A stretch of DNA of 64,000 bases from Eledone cirrhosa (lineage: Eukaryota), in NCBI GenBank assembly GCA_964016885.1, contig OZ024759.1:18414001-18478000 (forward strand). Direction: 5' to 3'. The position numbers and the translations under genes were made by a program. The notes below the pieces were generated by a model that saw only the letters and a list, made by a program, of their open reading frames with translations, was not told the origin of the DNA and ran no database searches. Shown here one piece after another: positions 41,061-55,323 of this stretch. Positions within the stretch are counted from its first letter, which is position 1; each line of letters opens with the position of its first letter.

Positions 41061-44000
41061 TCATTTACAGACGTTGTCAATAAAAAGAATGTTAAACTTT
41101 ATAAAATTCATCCAATTTTGTCTTTTATTATAAAAATCATTTAAATAGAGGAAACTAAGAATCTATATGAAGTTTCTTAAAGAAAGGAAATAAGAAGGTA
41201 GATGAAGTGTATAAAGAAAGAAACTAGGAATGTACATAAAATGCATAAAGAAGATTGTAAACGGTTACTTGTTACGTAAATTAAAAGTTAAAGCGGTATC
41301 GATCTGGTTAATAATATCGATCTGATTACGATGTCTAAAAAAAAAAACAACTAAATTTCTTTCTTTAGAAACTTCATCTACATTCTTAGTTGTTTTCAAT
41401 GACGAAAAAAGAAACTAAGAAAGTAAATGAAGTGTTGAAAGGGAACAAAGAAAGTAAATGAAGTGTTGAAAGGGAACAAAGAAAGTAAATAAAGTTTCGT
41501 GAGGAGAAACTAAGAATGTAAAGGGTTAAAGTGATATCGATCTAGTTAACACTGACCGACAGTTAATCTTTGAATACGATCATGATATCTAAATTAATCA
41601 ACAGTTAATCTTTGATTACGATCATGATATCTAAAAAAAAAAAATGGGTACAAAACTTAAGTTTTATGGCCAAAACGTGACGGGTGTAATATTCATCCTG
41701 ACCAAAGACAACAGATCTCAAAAGATTCTGGTTAATATTAATAACCAGAATATATAGCAACCAACATCATGTGTGACAGGAGCAAGTCCTCCAAAACAAA
41801 TTTACAACAAAACACGAGGATATCATGAAGGGAATTAGAAATATATTATTTAAATAATAAAGAAAATAAGCTAAATTCTATTTCATATGACCTAGAAATG
41901 TGGCAGTAGCTTAAACAAAACTATCGTCTACATAATATTGTTGGTGGGAAAATAAGAAACTGAAAATGTAAATAAAGTTTCTAACGAAAGAAACTAAGAA
42001 TATAAATGATTGTAGGTTAAAAGTTAAAGCGATATCGATCTAGTTAACACGGATCAACAGTTCACCTCTTTTTTCATAAGACAATTATTAACGCATTGGT
42101 GGTGCTATGAAGATGGGGTTTTCGATGTCTGCCAACGGAGTGTTTAGGGAGTTTAATTGTGGTGGTTTATCTAAGTTCGATGTCTACGATGGAGAAGGAA
42201 GTTAGACATGTCTTTAAACCGCTTTGTTTACCCTCCCGCGAGAGGGTTTAAACATGTTTACAGTCAAGCGATACTCATAGAAGATTATACAGCTTAGACA
42301 TGTCTCTTTTAACCGTTTTCTTTTTTTTGTCGACATTATGTACATGCCTTTGGCCCTCTAACCAAGCGTTGGCCACAGCGAAAGTCTTAGAAGCCAGACA
42401 GGGCACTGAGCTTTCGAGGGGGAGGAGGTATAGACTGACATATGCACAATCACCAAATGATCCACAATTGAAGAACAAGACAGTCACCATCGGTTTTCGA
42501 TTGACAACCATAAGTGCACCCCGTAACAATACACATATATCACCACATGACCAGCAACGCATTAACAATTTTGAAATGAAAAATATATTCACACCTGGAT
42601 TACTTCCATTTATGCCGTTTACATATATCATTTTATCAACGAATAATTAAAAAAATCGATGTTACTAATACGTACCTTGATGGATTCCAGGTTTAAGGGT
42701 GTGCGATTGACACATGTTCTTGGGATGTTAAAAGACAGGTCAACCTTTTATAAGCTGCAAATGTGGGCCGTATGGAGGGACAGCAGACCTCACCTTATAT
42801 CAGATGTGACACCTCTCAGTATGGAGGGATCGCTATCACAATATACTGTTAAAAGACAAGCCCAACCTTATATTAGATTTGACAGTGGGCCGTATCGAGG
42901 GGCAGCTACCTAAATATACTCAATATCAGGTACGTTAAAAGACAAACACAACCTTAGATGTAACAGTAGAAATGTGGCAGTAGCTTAAACAAAACTATTG
43001 TCTACATAATATTGTTGGTGGGAAAATAAGAAACTAAAAATGTAAATAAAGTTTCTAACGAAAGAAACTAAGAATATAAATGATTGTAGGTTAAAAGTTA
43101 AAGCGATATCGATGTAGTTATAGAAATATATTAACCTCTGATTACAAAATACGAGGATATCATGAAGGGAAATAGAAATATATTATTTACCAGCTTACAT
43201 AATAATTAACAAAATACACTATTTCGTATGAGCAAGAAATATGTATGAGGGGGGTGTTGTATTACATTAGAATGTAAGATGTGGCTAAACAAAACTAATG
43301 TTTAAATAATTATTTCTGACATTATGGAGGGAAATAAACAGAAAATGTTTCAATAAAACTGATCAACATAAAATAAAGCTTTAGTTTACCTCCGTAAAAT
43401 TAGTAAAATCCAAGTTTTTAACGTTTTTTTAATTCACGTTGTAAAACATGTAGTTCTTCATGCGGCCATTTAATTTTCACTAAAGTACGCATGCGCCGAA
43501 ATAATTGGACATCGATGCGCAAAGTATTTATGTAAAGTTGTCGGACTTTACAATCGTGAGTTCGATTCTCACAAAGGTTTCTCTCTACACAGAAGAGGAC
43601 ACGTGTGAAAGATATAGAGAAGATAATAAAATGTAGCTGTGTATAGAGGTTTATTAGAAGAAAAAAGGAAAGGTATAGAGAAGAAGGTTTATATATTTTT
43701 CTTAGTTGAGAGTATATAGTTTTATATGTATGTCTCTAAAGAGAGATCTACAGAGTGAGGTTTATAGAGAGAAATTTGAGTTAGAAAGTATGTATATAGT
43801 GTCGAGATGGTTTAGTTTAGTTTCTTAGAAGGGCTAACACTATTTGTATGTGTATTATGTTTTAATTTCAAAGAAAGCATGTTGAGTGAGTGACGATGTG
43901 CCAGAAAGCCACATGAACACAAGATCCAAAGTGTGAGAGTTGTTGACATAAAGTATGTATCTAATAACATGTATGTGTATAGGGCAAAGAAAACATTACA

Positions 44001-45021
44001 TACCTCTATAGTTTGGATTTGTGACAGGTAAAAGTACTACGGAGGCCATCTACCTTTTGGGGCAACTGGTAAACCTCTACTTGATTTCTTTATTCATTTT
44101 TGTCAAAATAAACTGAACATGATTTGTATATAAAATGTAACCTTTTTTATTTACAGAAACTTCGCCGTTCCCACTTGTTACGACAAATAACACAGCATAT
44201 GACCTTGAAGGCTGGACATCTGTAAAAGGAAATGAATGTCATTTACATACGTTATCAATAAAAAGAATATTAAACTGTATTAAATTCTTTCTATTTCGTC
44301 TTTTATTATATATAGATTTAAATAGAGGAAACAAGAAAACCCTTCCTACATCGAAGGAGGTAACTAAACTAAGAATGTAAATGAAGTGTTGAAAACGAAC
44401 AAAGAAAGTAAATGAAGTTTCGTAAGAAGAATCTAAATGGTTCTATGCTACCTAGGTTAAAATGATATCGATCTAGTTAATACTGACCAACAGTTAATCT
44501 TTGATTATGATGATGATGATGATGATATCTAAAAAAAAAAAATTTCGTTCAAAACTAGACAGGTATAATATTGACTATGATCAAAGATGACAGATCCAAA
44601 AGATTCTGGTTAATATTAAGATGTGCCAGAAAGCCACATAAAAAGCCCCTTCACATAAACACAATATCCAAAATGCATGTGAGGTTTATTGACATAAAAT
44701 GTATGTGTATGGTTGTTCGCGAGGTCCGGGAACGCAGGCCAGCAAGTAGCCATCCTGCAAACAGTCCCAGCTGCATAAGCCACGAAGACCTCGTAACGAT
44801 TCGAACTTCAGACACATAGAATGGTCACGCCATGCATAAGTAGACGACGAAGTCCGAACCGCTGCTTTTAGGTAAAACTTTATTCATTAAAATATATATA
44901 TATATAGAAATGGAGAGGAAAGTAACACGTCTCAAAATAGATTTCGTGTGTTATCTCACATTCCGTTTCTATATTTAAATTAATTTAGAATCTACTAGTA
45001 TTTTGTACATATATGCAGAAC

Positions 45022-45213
45022 AAGGCGGTGGATTGGCAGTATCGATAGAGGGTCGGACGCCATGCTTTGCAGCACAGTTAGTCCCTTTACGGACTGAGTT
45101 CAAATCCCGCCGAGGTGAACTTTGCCTTTCATCCTTACGGAGGTCGATAAAATAAAGTACCAGTAATACACTGGAGTAATTGCTGGCCTTGTGCCAAATG
45201 TAGAAACAATTAT
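45022..45213 (+). mobile_element. Full-length SINE family A
   Basis: aaggcggtggattggcagtatcg head, B box gagttcaaatcc, conserved core and tail. Confidence 0.8.
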
Positions 45214-45699
45214 TATGGAGATAAATATATATACACATATGTGTGGGTGTATATACGTTAATAATTGTCTTACGTATAAGAAAATTATTAACGCATTGGT
45301 GGTGTTGTGAAGATGGGGTTGTTGTACATATATACAGAACAATTGTTATGGAGATAAATATATGTGTGGGTGTATATGTATATATGCCGAGGAGAGAGAA
45401 GAAGAGGGAGCACGTCAGCTCTGATAAAGAAGATCAGAAGTGTGGAGAGAGCGGTTGACAGGTCTAGGTGTAAGGAGAGCTGGATGATCATAGGGAGGAA
45501 GAGAAGGGGTTCGAGTCAGATCCAGGGAACAGGACCCGAGGATAGGAAGAGGAAATGGCTGGACCATTTTAGGACCCTCCGCAGTTGTATGATCAACTGG
45601 ATATGGAGACACGACCCTTCACCAGAGAGGAGCTTCCGAGACCCCAAAAGAAGATCAAAGAGGGCTAGGCTCATGGAGTGGCATCAGAAGTGTGATTTT

Positions 45700-45818
45700 G
45701 GTTAGAGCATTGTGCTTGCAATCGAAAGGTTGTGAGTTGGATTCTCGGACCGGGTGATGTCTTGTGTCCTTGAGCAAGACACTTTATTTCACGTTGCTCT
45801 AGTTTACTCAGCTGTAGA
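45700..45818 (+). mobile_element. SINE family B head abutting the 81-bp satellite
   Basis: Reverse complement of 1780-1905. Confidence 0.7.
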
Positions 45819-45849
45819 AGGGGGAGGGGGCAGCTACGACATATATACT

Positions 45850-48800
45850 ATATATTAAAAGACAGACCCATCCTCAGATGTAACTCTGGGCTATATGGTA
45901 TGACAGCTACCACAATATACTGTATATAAAGGATGTTAAAAGACAGACCCTTCCTCAGATGTAACTGTGGGCTATATGGTATGACAGCTACCACAATATA
46001 CTGTATATAAAGTATATTAAAAGACAGACCCACTCTCAGATGTAACTGTGGGCTATATGGTATGACAGCTACCACAATATACTGTATATAAAGGATGTTA
46101 AAAGACAGACCCATCCTCAGATGTAACTGTGGGCTATATGGTATGACAGCTACCACAATATACTGTATATAAAGGATGTTAAAAGACAGACCTATCCTCA
46201 GATGTAACTGTGGGCTATATGGTATGACAGCTACCACAATATACTGTATATAAAGGATGTTAAAAGACAGACCCATCCTCAGATGTAACTGTGGGCTATA
46301 TGGTATGACAGCAACCACAATATACTGTATATAAAGGATGTTAAAAGACAGACCCATCCTCAGATGTAACTGTGGGCTATATGGTATGACAGCTACCACA
46401 ATATACTGTATATAAAGGATGTTAAAAGACAGACCTATCCTCAGATGTAACTGTGGGCTATATGGTATGACAGCTACCACAATATACTGTATATAAAGGA
46501 TGTTAAAAGACAGACCCACCCTCAGATGTAACTGTGGGCTATATGGTATGACAGCTACCACAGATGTAACTATGGGCTATATGGTATGACAGCTACCACA
46601 ATATACTGTATATAAAGGATGTTAAAAGACAGACCCACCCTCAGATGTAACTGTGGGCTATATGGTATGACAGCTACCACAATATACTGTATATAAAGGA
46701 TGTTAAAAGACAGACCCACCCTCAGATGTAACTGTGGGCTATATGGTATGACAGCAACCACAATATACTGTATATAAAGAATGTTAAAAGACAGATCCAT
46801 CCTCAGATGTAACTGTGGGCTATATGGTATGACAGCTACCACAATATACTGTATATAAAGGATGTTAAAAGACAGACCCACCCTCAGATGTAACTGTGGG
46901 CTATATGGTATGACAGCTACCACAGATGTAACTGTGGGCTATATGGTATGACAGCTACCACAATATACTGTATATAAAGGATGTTAAAAGACAGACCCAT
47001 CCTCAGATGTAACTGTGGGCTATATGGTATGACAGCTACCACAGATGTAACTGTGGGCTATATGGTATGACAGCTACCACAATATACTGTATATAAAGGA
47101 TGTTAAAAGACAGACCCTTCCTCAGATGTAACTGTGGGCTATATGGTATGACAGCAACCACAATATACTGTATATAAAGTATGTTAAAAGACAGACCCAG
47201 CCTCAGATGTAACTGTGGGCTATATGGTATGACAGCTACCACAATATACTGTATATAAAGGACGTTAAAAGACAGACCCACCCTCAGATGTAACTGTGGG
47301 CTATATGGTATGACAGCTACCACAATATACTGTATATAAAGGATGTTAAAAGACAGACCCATCCTCAGATGTAACTGTGGGCTATATGGTATGACAGCTA
47401 CCACAGATGTAACTGTGGGCTATATGGTATGACAGCTACCACAATATACTGTATATAAAGGATGTTAAAAGACAGACCCTTCCTCAGATGTAACTGTGGG
47501 CTATATGGTATGACAGCTACCACAATATACTGTATATAAAGGATGTTAAAGGACAGACCCATCCTCAGATGTAACTGTGGGCTATATGGTATGACAGCTA
47601 CCACAATATACTGTATATAAAGGATGTTAAAAGACAGACCCATCCTCAGATGTAACTGTGGGCTATATGGTATGACAGCAACCACAATATACTGTATATA
47701 AAGTATGTTAAAAGACAGACCCAGCCTCAGATGTAACTGTGGGCTATATGGTATGACAGCTACCACAATATACTGTATATAAAGGATGTTAAAAGACAGA
47801 CCCACCCTCAGATGTAACTGTGGGCTATATGGTATGACAGCTACCACAGATGTAACTGTGGGCTATATGGTATGACAGCTACCACAATATACTGTATATA
47901 AAGGATGTTAAAAGACAGACCCATCCTCAGATGTAACTGTGGGCTATATGGTATGACAGCTACCACAATATACTGTATATAAAGGATGTTAAAAGACAGA
48001 CCCATACTCAGATGTAACTGTGGGCTATATGGTATGACAGCTACCACAATATACTGTATATAAAGGATGTTAAAAGACAGACCCATCCTCAGATGTAACT
48101 GTGGGCTATATGGTATGACAGCAACCACAATATACTGTATATAAAGTATGTTAAAAGACAGACCCATCCTCAGATGTAACTGTGGGCTATATGGTATGAC
48201 AGCTACCACAATATACTGTATATAAAGGATGTTAAAAGACAGACCCATCCTCAGATGTAACTGTGGGCTATATGGTATGACAGCAACCACAATATACTGT
48301 ATATAAAGTATGTTAAAAGACAGACCCAGCCTCAGATGTAACTGTGGGCTATATGGTATGACAGCTACCACAATATACTGTATATAAAGGATGTTAAAAG
48401 ACAGACCCACCCTCAGATGTAACTGTGGGCTATATGGTATGACAGCTACCACAGATGTAACTGTGAGCTATATGGTATGACAGCTACCACAATATACTGT
48501 ATATAAAGGATGTTAAAAGACAGACCCATCCTCAGATGTAACTGTGGGCTATATGGTATGACAGCTACCACAGATGTAACTGTGGGCTATATGGTATGAC
48601 AGCTACCACAATATACTGTATATAAAGGATGTTAAAAGACAGACCCATACTCAGATGTAACTGGGGGCTATATGGTATGACAGCTACCACAATATACTGT
48701 ATATAAAGGATGTTAAAAGACAGACCCATACTCAGATGTAACTGTAGGCTATATGGTATGACAGCTACCACAATATACTGTATATAAAGGATGTTAAAAG

Positions 48801-48858
48801 ACAGACCCAGCCTCAGATGTAACTGTGGGCTATATGGTATGACAGATACCACAATATA
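45850..48858. repeat. 81-bp satellite (~34 units) with seven interspersed 38-bp half units
   Basis: Unit gttaaaagacagacccatcctcagatgtaactgtgggctatatggtatgacagctaccacaatatactgtatataaaggat. Confidence 0.95.
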
Positions 48859-49035
48859 CCATCAGGGTTGCAAGTGTTATATCAGAGTTTTCCTCCTCCT
48901 AGAATTCTGCCTTGACAAAGGCTAGGGGGGGGGGTCATCTTTCCCGGTGATTTTGGATGGCCATTGACTCTTAAGAGCTCCTTTGCCCTATGACAGGTTT
49001 TGTTTTTAGTCCTGCAGGATGTCCAAAGTCACCCT
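48858..49035. repeat. Dispersed repeat, probably a LINE 3' region
   Basis: Inverted copy at 53705-53880; related copies at ~49670-49880 and ~51070-51175. Confidence 0.6.
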
Positions 49036-49285
49036 GTGGTGGTCTCGAGTGCTGGTGTGGGTGACCCTGGCTCTGAAAACGATGCAGCCAGGTCAAGCCG
49101 TCCCACAATATTCTCTGCCATCACTAAAAAAAAAAAATTTTTCTTTTGCTCTGTATCTCGTCGGCGTGCCTTCTTCTTGGAGCAGCACGCGCGACATCAG
49201 CATACTTTTCTGTGCCAGAGTCCTCAGAAAGCCATGGTTCTTCAGGGCCTCCGCAATCTTTTTGCTTGGTGGTGACCCATATAAA

Positions 49286-49320
<35 letters not shown>

Positions 49321-49347
49321 GCATATATATATATATATATATACACA

Positions 49348-49400
<53 letters not shown>

Positions 49401-49984
49401 GCATATATATAGATATATAAACATATATATATATGATGGATGCTCCCTCGTTATCGAGTATGGCCATTGAACGATATACCATTATTAATAATTATTAATT
49501 AATTCTATCGTGCAATGCCTGTACGTAAAGATATCTTTTAAAGTGAGGAAAGACTGTGCACTGAACCAATCCCACTCTCTGAGGGACAATAGCTATAAAC
49601 CGAAAAGAAGAAAAGATCAACATCATAGGTAACTACTGAGCCGCAGGCTTTATACCGGAGTTACCCCAGTTTCCTGAGTTGCCTTCTCCTAGAAGAATGC
49701 CCTGACAAAGGCTAGGGGGTCCTTCACTCCCAGTGGTTTAACCGGGCGGTTCATGTGTTTATACATATTTACACACTTTTGGATGGCCGTTGACCTTTAT
49801 GAGTTCTTCCGCCCTTTGTTAGGTTTTGTTTTTTGTCCTGCAAGGTGTCCAAAATCACCCTCCTCACCAAGTAAACTTGGTGTGGTTGCCGGTTTAGTCG
49901 CCGACGACCCGACCATGCGATGGGTTGTACTGGGTTACATGTTACCAGTAGCACTCAAGAATGACCCGACAAAGATATATACAT

Positions 49985-50018
<34 letters not shown>

Positions 50019-50021
50019 GTA

Positions 50022-50168
50022 TTTACCTGTAGATATGTGCGCGCGTTATATACGTATTTATGTGTGTATATTTATATACGCTTATATAATTATATGCATA
50101 CGCACACACATTTTTGTGTGTGGAGGTACGTATACTTTCTTGCACGTATATATGCTTGTATTTATCTG

Positions 50169-50231
<63 letters not shown>

Positions 50232-50377
50232 TTACCTGTAGATATGTGCGCGCGTTATATACGTATTTATGTGTGTATATTTATATACGCTTATATAATT
50301 ATATGCATACGCACACACATTTTTGTGTGTGGAGGTACGTATACTTTCTTGCACGTATATATGCTTGTATTTATCTG

Positions 50378-50430
<53 letters not shown>

Positions 50431-50576
50431 TTACCTGTAGATATGTGCGCGCGTTATATACGTATTTATGTGTGTATATTTATATACGCTTATATAATTA
50501 TATGCATACGCACACACATTTTTGTGTGTGGAGGTACGTATACTTTCTTGCACGTATATATGCTTGTATTTATCTG

Positions 50577-50633
<57 letters not shown>

Positions 50634-50793
50634 ATATATATATATATTTACCTGTAGATATGTGCGCGCGTTATATACGTATTTATGTGTGTATATTTAT
50701 ATACGCTTATATAATTATATGCAAACGCACACACATTTTTGTGTGTGGAGGTACGTATACTTTCTTGCACGTATATATGCTTGTATTTATCTG

Positions 50794-50838
<45 letters not shown>
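50022..50838. repeat. Four tandem ~200-bp units with microsatellite-variable junctions
   Basis: tttacctgtagatatgtgcgcgcg starts at 50022, 50231, 50430 and 50647. Confidence 0.9.
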
Positions 50839-50842
<4 letters not shown>

Positions 50843-51194
50843 GCTGCAGACTCTGCTAAGAGTATTGCAATAGCTTGCAACAGATCCTGAGCAGGCAATG
50901 CCTGTGCTTTGAAGGTTTTTTTTAAGTGGGAAAGGCTTTGCACTCGACCAATCCCACTCTCTGAGCATGGAAAACACTACCGGAAAAGCAGAACTTGTCA
51001 ACATCATCGGATGCTTCCGAAGCCGCAGGTTATTTCATAGAAAGGTGTTGCTGGAAAAAAAAGGGTACTATTTGGGTGGTCGTTGACCCTGTTGAGTTCC
51101 TCCGCCATTTGTCGGGTCTTGTATTTCATCCAGCAGGGTGTCCAAATATCACCATCCTCACCAAGAAAGCTTGGTGAAGGCGGTGTGTGTGTGT

Positions 51195-51465
51195 GTAGAC
51201 GTCTGCCAAGAGGTCGCCGAACAAGTCTGGCATGTACGCATAAAGCTCGTAGGGCAGATCATCCAAATCTGGTGATTTACCCCTCGTGCAGTCAGACATC
51301 GCTTCTCGTATTTCACCCATCGCCGGCTTTTTGCAATACTGCGCTGCGGTCGTCGAGAACTGCGACAGTTCCTCGAGGTATGCACTAAAGTTCATACTCT
51401 GATCTGGCCCACCGCCGCTCCCAAACAGTTCAGCAAAGAGCTGCTGAAAAGCCTCACACATCTCT
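51195..51465 (-). mobile_element. L1/Tx1-type LINE ORF2 fragment (pre-RT region)
   Basis: EIREAMSDCTRGKSPDLDDLPYELY matches the KSPG.DG.P.EFY motif. Confidence 0.7.
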
Positions 51466-51591
51466 ATTTTCCCCTATCTTTACTCCTTTGCTAAACCTTA
51501 TCGATTCTACTCTAATTGCCCTTTTCAGGTTAAACCACCACCTGTTGTTGACGATCGCACCTTAACTAATTCGCTTATCCGGTCTCTGTAA

Positions 51592-51783
51592 TAATTGTTT
51601 CTACGTTAGGCACAAGGCCAGCAATTACCCAGTGCATTACTGGTACTTTATTTTATCGACCCCGTAAGGATGAAAGGCAAAGTTAACCTCGGCGGGATTT
51701 GAACTCAGAATGGCAAGGGCCGTAACTCTATACGTCAAAGCATGGCGTCCGACCCTCTACCGATACTGCCAATCAACCGCCTT
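51592..51783 (-). mobile_element. Full-length SINE family A
   Basis: Reverse complement of the 45022 and 25458 copies. Confidence 0.8.
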
Positions 51784-52566
51784 CGGTCTCTGTAATAATA
51801 CAAATAATTTGACGTCCAATAGGCTGGCAAATACGGTATATTGTTGTTAATAATTTAGCGTTGAAAAATATATATATTGCCACGAAAAAAGCCATCGGGG
51901 GACTAAGCGGGCAGTAGAGATATTAAACATCAAATGGTACATATATATAAATATAGTAAAATAAAAATATATAATATTTATTTATACATAGTATATATTA
52001 TATGTGTAGGCGCGTGATTAGAGAATTGGATTCGAAATCGTGAGTTTGATTCATGGACCGTGCGATGCGTTATGACCTTGAACAAGACACTTTATTTTAC
52101 GTTGGTCCTTCTACCTGGAGCCACGAGCGATAGACAGTATTAGCAATTGGAAAGACCAATGGAAACATTGTTTCCTCGGTCCGATTTGACGAAAATCAAT
52201 CGACTGTCGATATATTTTATATTATTTACAATTTGCGTGTAGGCAACCCACCACGGAACCTCAACCCTATTTCTCTGGAAAACATTTGAGAACTTCTGTG
52301 CTCGACTATCGTATGATAGCCATATCATTCTACACGGTACCAACGATTATAAAAGTCATCTCAGCCACGTAATGAATACATTGTAAACCTTGCCAGATAT
52401 TCTTGAGACACAAAAATACGTTTTACTATCTCTTAGAGACATACATAAATATATAAACCTTCTTCTCTATACAGCAAAATAACTGTTGATATCTGAACTA
52501 CAATAAAGGGAGGAGTGCGGTACAGAATCCAGAATATATTTTTTTCCACTTGTATATATATATATA

Positions 52567-52722
52567 TTTAATATAGAAAGTCTTCTACAGGAAGCCCTGA
52601 TGATTTCTCCGGAATGAAACAGTTCTAGTCCTGTAGAAGCCTTTCTATATTAAATATTTATACTCTGCTTTGTATTGAGTACCTTACTTACTGTGGTTAC
52701 CCCAATTGAACCTGGGATTAAC
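52567..52722 (+). mobile_element. Second Penelope-like pLTR fragment with hammerhead-like core
   Basis: ctgatgatttctccggaatgaaacagttctagtcctgtagaag enclosed by an imperfect inverted repeat; homologous to 20500-20630. Confidence 0.5.
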
Positions 52723-53551
52723 TTATATATCTAAACTATAATAAAGGAAGGTCTGCGGGATTGCGTACGGTTTATTTTTTTTATCCCATTTGTAAAATAA
52801 GTTGAATTACTTTGAATAAATGATTAATGAATATTACATAACTTATCTACTAAATTTCGTTATTCTTCATTAAATATAAATAATTTTGTCGCTTATTTTA
52901 AGATTCACGTCTTTAAAATTTTCAAATGTCAACACTTCCGGTTAGAGATCGCTTAAATAAACAGTCATATATTTCCGTCAATGGATTACGTTAGTGATTA
53001 CATAACACAGTGTAACGCAGTCTTCGTTCAATTTCTGTGTATATTGTCAATTACGATTTTATTTGATGTATCATATCTACATGTATATATACTTGCGTAT
53101 ATTATCAATATACACACTACACATGCTAGCAGAAAATTACCCGAGGGTAGTTTTTCTGTTAGTACTTTTTAATTATTATGTATTATTTACAATTTGCGTG
53201 TAGGCAACCGACCACGCAGCTATTTCTCTGGAAAACATTTGAGAACTTCTGTATTAGACTATTGTATGGTAGCCATATCATACTACACGGTACCAACGAT
53301 TATAAAGGTCCTCTCTACCAAGTAATACGCATATACAGCCTAATGCCAACTGCCATACAAAACATGTTCCTGATATGAGTATTCTGTCATAATTCAAAAC
53401 ATATCGCTATTATTTTTGTTTGAATTATAATGTAAACATGAGACACATTTTTGATTTCATAGTGTACGTTTTACACACACAATTATATATATATATATAT
53501 ATATATATGCTTATGCAGATAAATATATATACATATGCACACATACAGAGT

Positions 53552-53628
<77 letters not shown>

Positions 53629-53672
53629 GTGTGTGTGTATATACATATATATGTATATTTACCTGCGTATGC

Positions 53673-53709
<37 letters not shown>

Positions 53710-54424
53710 GACTTTGGACATCCTGCAGGACTAAAAACAAGACCTGTCAAAGGGAAAAGGAGCTCTTAAGAGTCAATGGCCATCCAAAATCACCGGGAGA
53801 GATGACCCTTTAGCCTTTGTCAAGGCAGAATTCTAGGAGAAGGAAAACTCTGATATAACACCTGCAACTCTGATGGTATCCAATGATGTTGACTTGTTCT
53901 TCTTTTTGGTAAATATCATCTTGGTTAAGAGAGTGGGACTGGCTTTGTGCAGTGCCTTTGCTCACTATAAAAGCTTCACGGCACAGGCATTGCTTTATAT
54001 CTGGAGATCTCTCTGCACTTGTCGTCACAGGGTACCATGGGCCCAGCACTATGTGTCAATATTTGTCACAAGTGTAGTGTTTGTACCAGAGTTTTCAAGT
54101 CGCTGGCTGGACTAAAAAGTCACACTCGTTCAGCGCATCGGTAGGGGTTCTCCTATATGGATATAAAGTAGTGGCCGTACTCGAAAACGAGTTGGCAGCC
54201 ACCATATATATATATATATATAAGCGTGTGATAGTGTTGTTGGTGTCTTCCTTGTTGAAGAAGCCAAGAGCAAGATGGGGGAATATGCGTGAATGGCTTT
54301 CTATCTAATTAGAAAAAGTGTTATTGAAGTACCATAATTGAATTTTCCTGAAAAGAGAGGTGAAGAGACAGCCCCGAGTTCAGTGTAGGGATCTTAACTT
54401 TCTCAGGGTAAATTAGCTAAATAT

Positions 54425-54439
54425 TACACACGCACACAC

Positions 54440-54487
<48 letters not shown>

Positions 54488-54535
54488 GATTGTAGTTATA
54501 TATGAATATATATATATATATATACATATACATAC

Positions 54536-54566
<31 letters not shown>

Positions 54567-54593
54567 TATATACAAATATATACATATACATAC

Positions 54594-54624
<31 letters not shown>

Positions 54625-54647
54625 CAAATATATATACATATACATAC

Positions 54648-54680
<33 letters not shown>

Positions 54681-54691
54681 CAAATATATAT

Positions 54692-54740
<49 letters not shown>

Positions 54741-55017
54741 CATACATATATATATATGTATATATATATATACATATATATACATATATATATATATATA
54801 CATATATACATATATATACATATATATACATATATATACATATATACATATATATACATATATATACATATATATATACATATATACACATATATATACA
54901 TATATATATATACATATATATACATAGATACATATATATATGTATATATATATACATATATTGATCCATATGTATATATATATATACATACATATATTGA
55001 TCTATATGTACACACAG

Positions 55018-55054
<37 letters not shown>

Positions 55055-55065
55055 CACACTCTCTC
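54425..55065. repeat. (TA)n/(CA)n microsatellite
   Basis: Read directly. Confidence 0.95.
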
Positions 55066-55323
55066 ACGCAATGTAATTGTAATGCATATACTTGTATATG
55101 TGGTGTAGATACGCACACACATATAGGAACTATAAGGTATGTTAAGGAAAGGGGATTTAATGTTAATTTACACAATAATACACGTTTTATGAATAGTTTG
55201 ATATTACGACATTACATTGGAATAATTAGTTTAACACTTACGTGGCTCTTCATCTATTGAGGCTGCATACCCTTTATTCCATATATATACCATCTATACA
55301 CTTTTTACGCGAATTCGCTTTAA

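Larger units (their letters stand above)
26700..45000. other. Composite block of nested direct and inverted duplications, unclassified
   Basis: ~32310-35150 directly repeated at ~36020-39710; ~35205-36917 inverted at ~42068-43776; central palindrome ~39770-41060; 28598-28960 repeated at 30683-31005. Confidence 0.7.

Noticed and set aside
45385-45700. Purine-rich ORF with WLDHFRTL, possibly a LINE linker region
   Set aside because: Too little motif evidence to classify
45848-48852. Minus-strand 27-aa repeat ORFs, and a CRISPR-like appearance
   Set aside because: Satellite translation; no unique spacers, no cas genes, and a eukaryotic context
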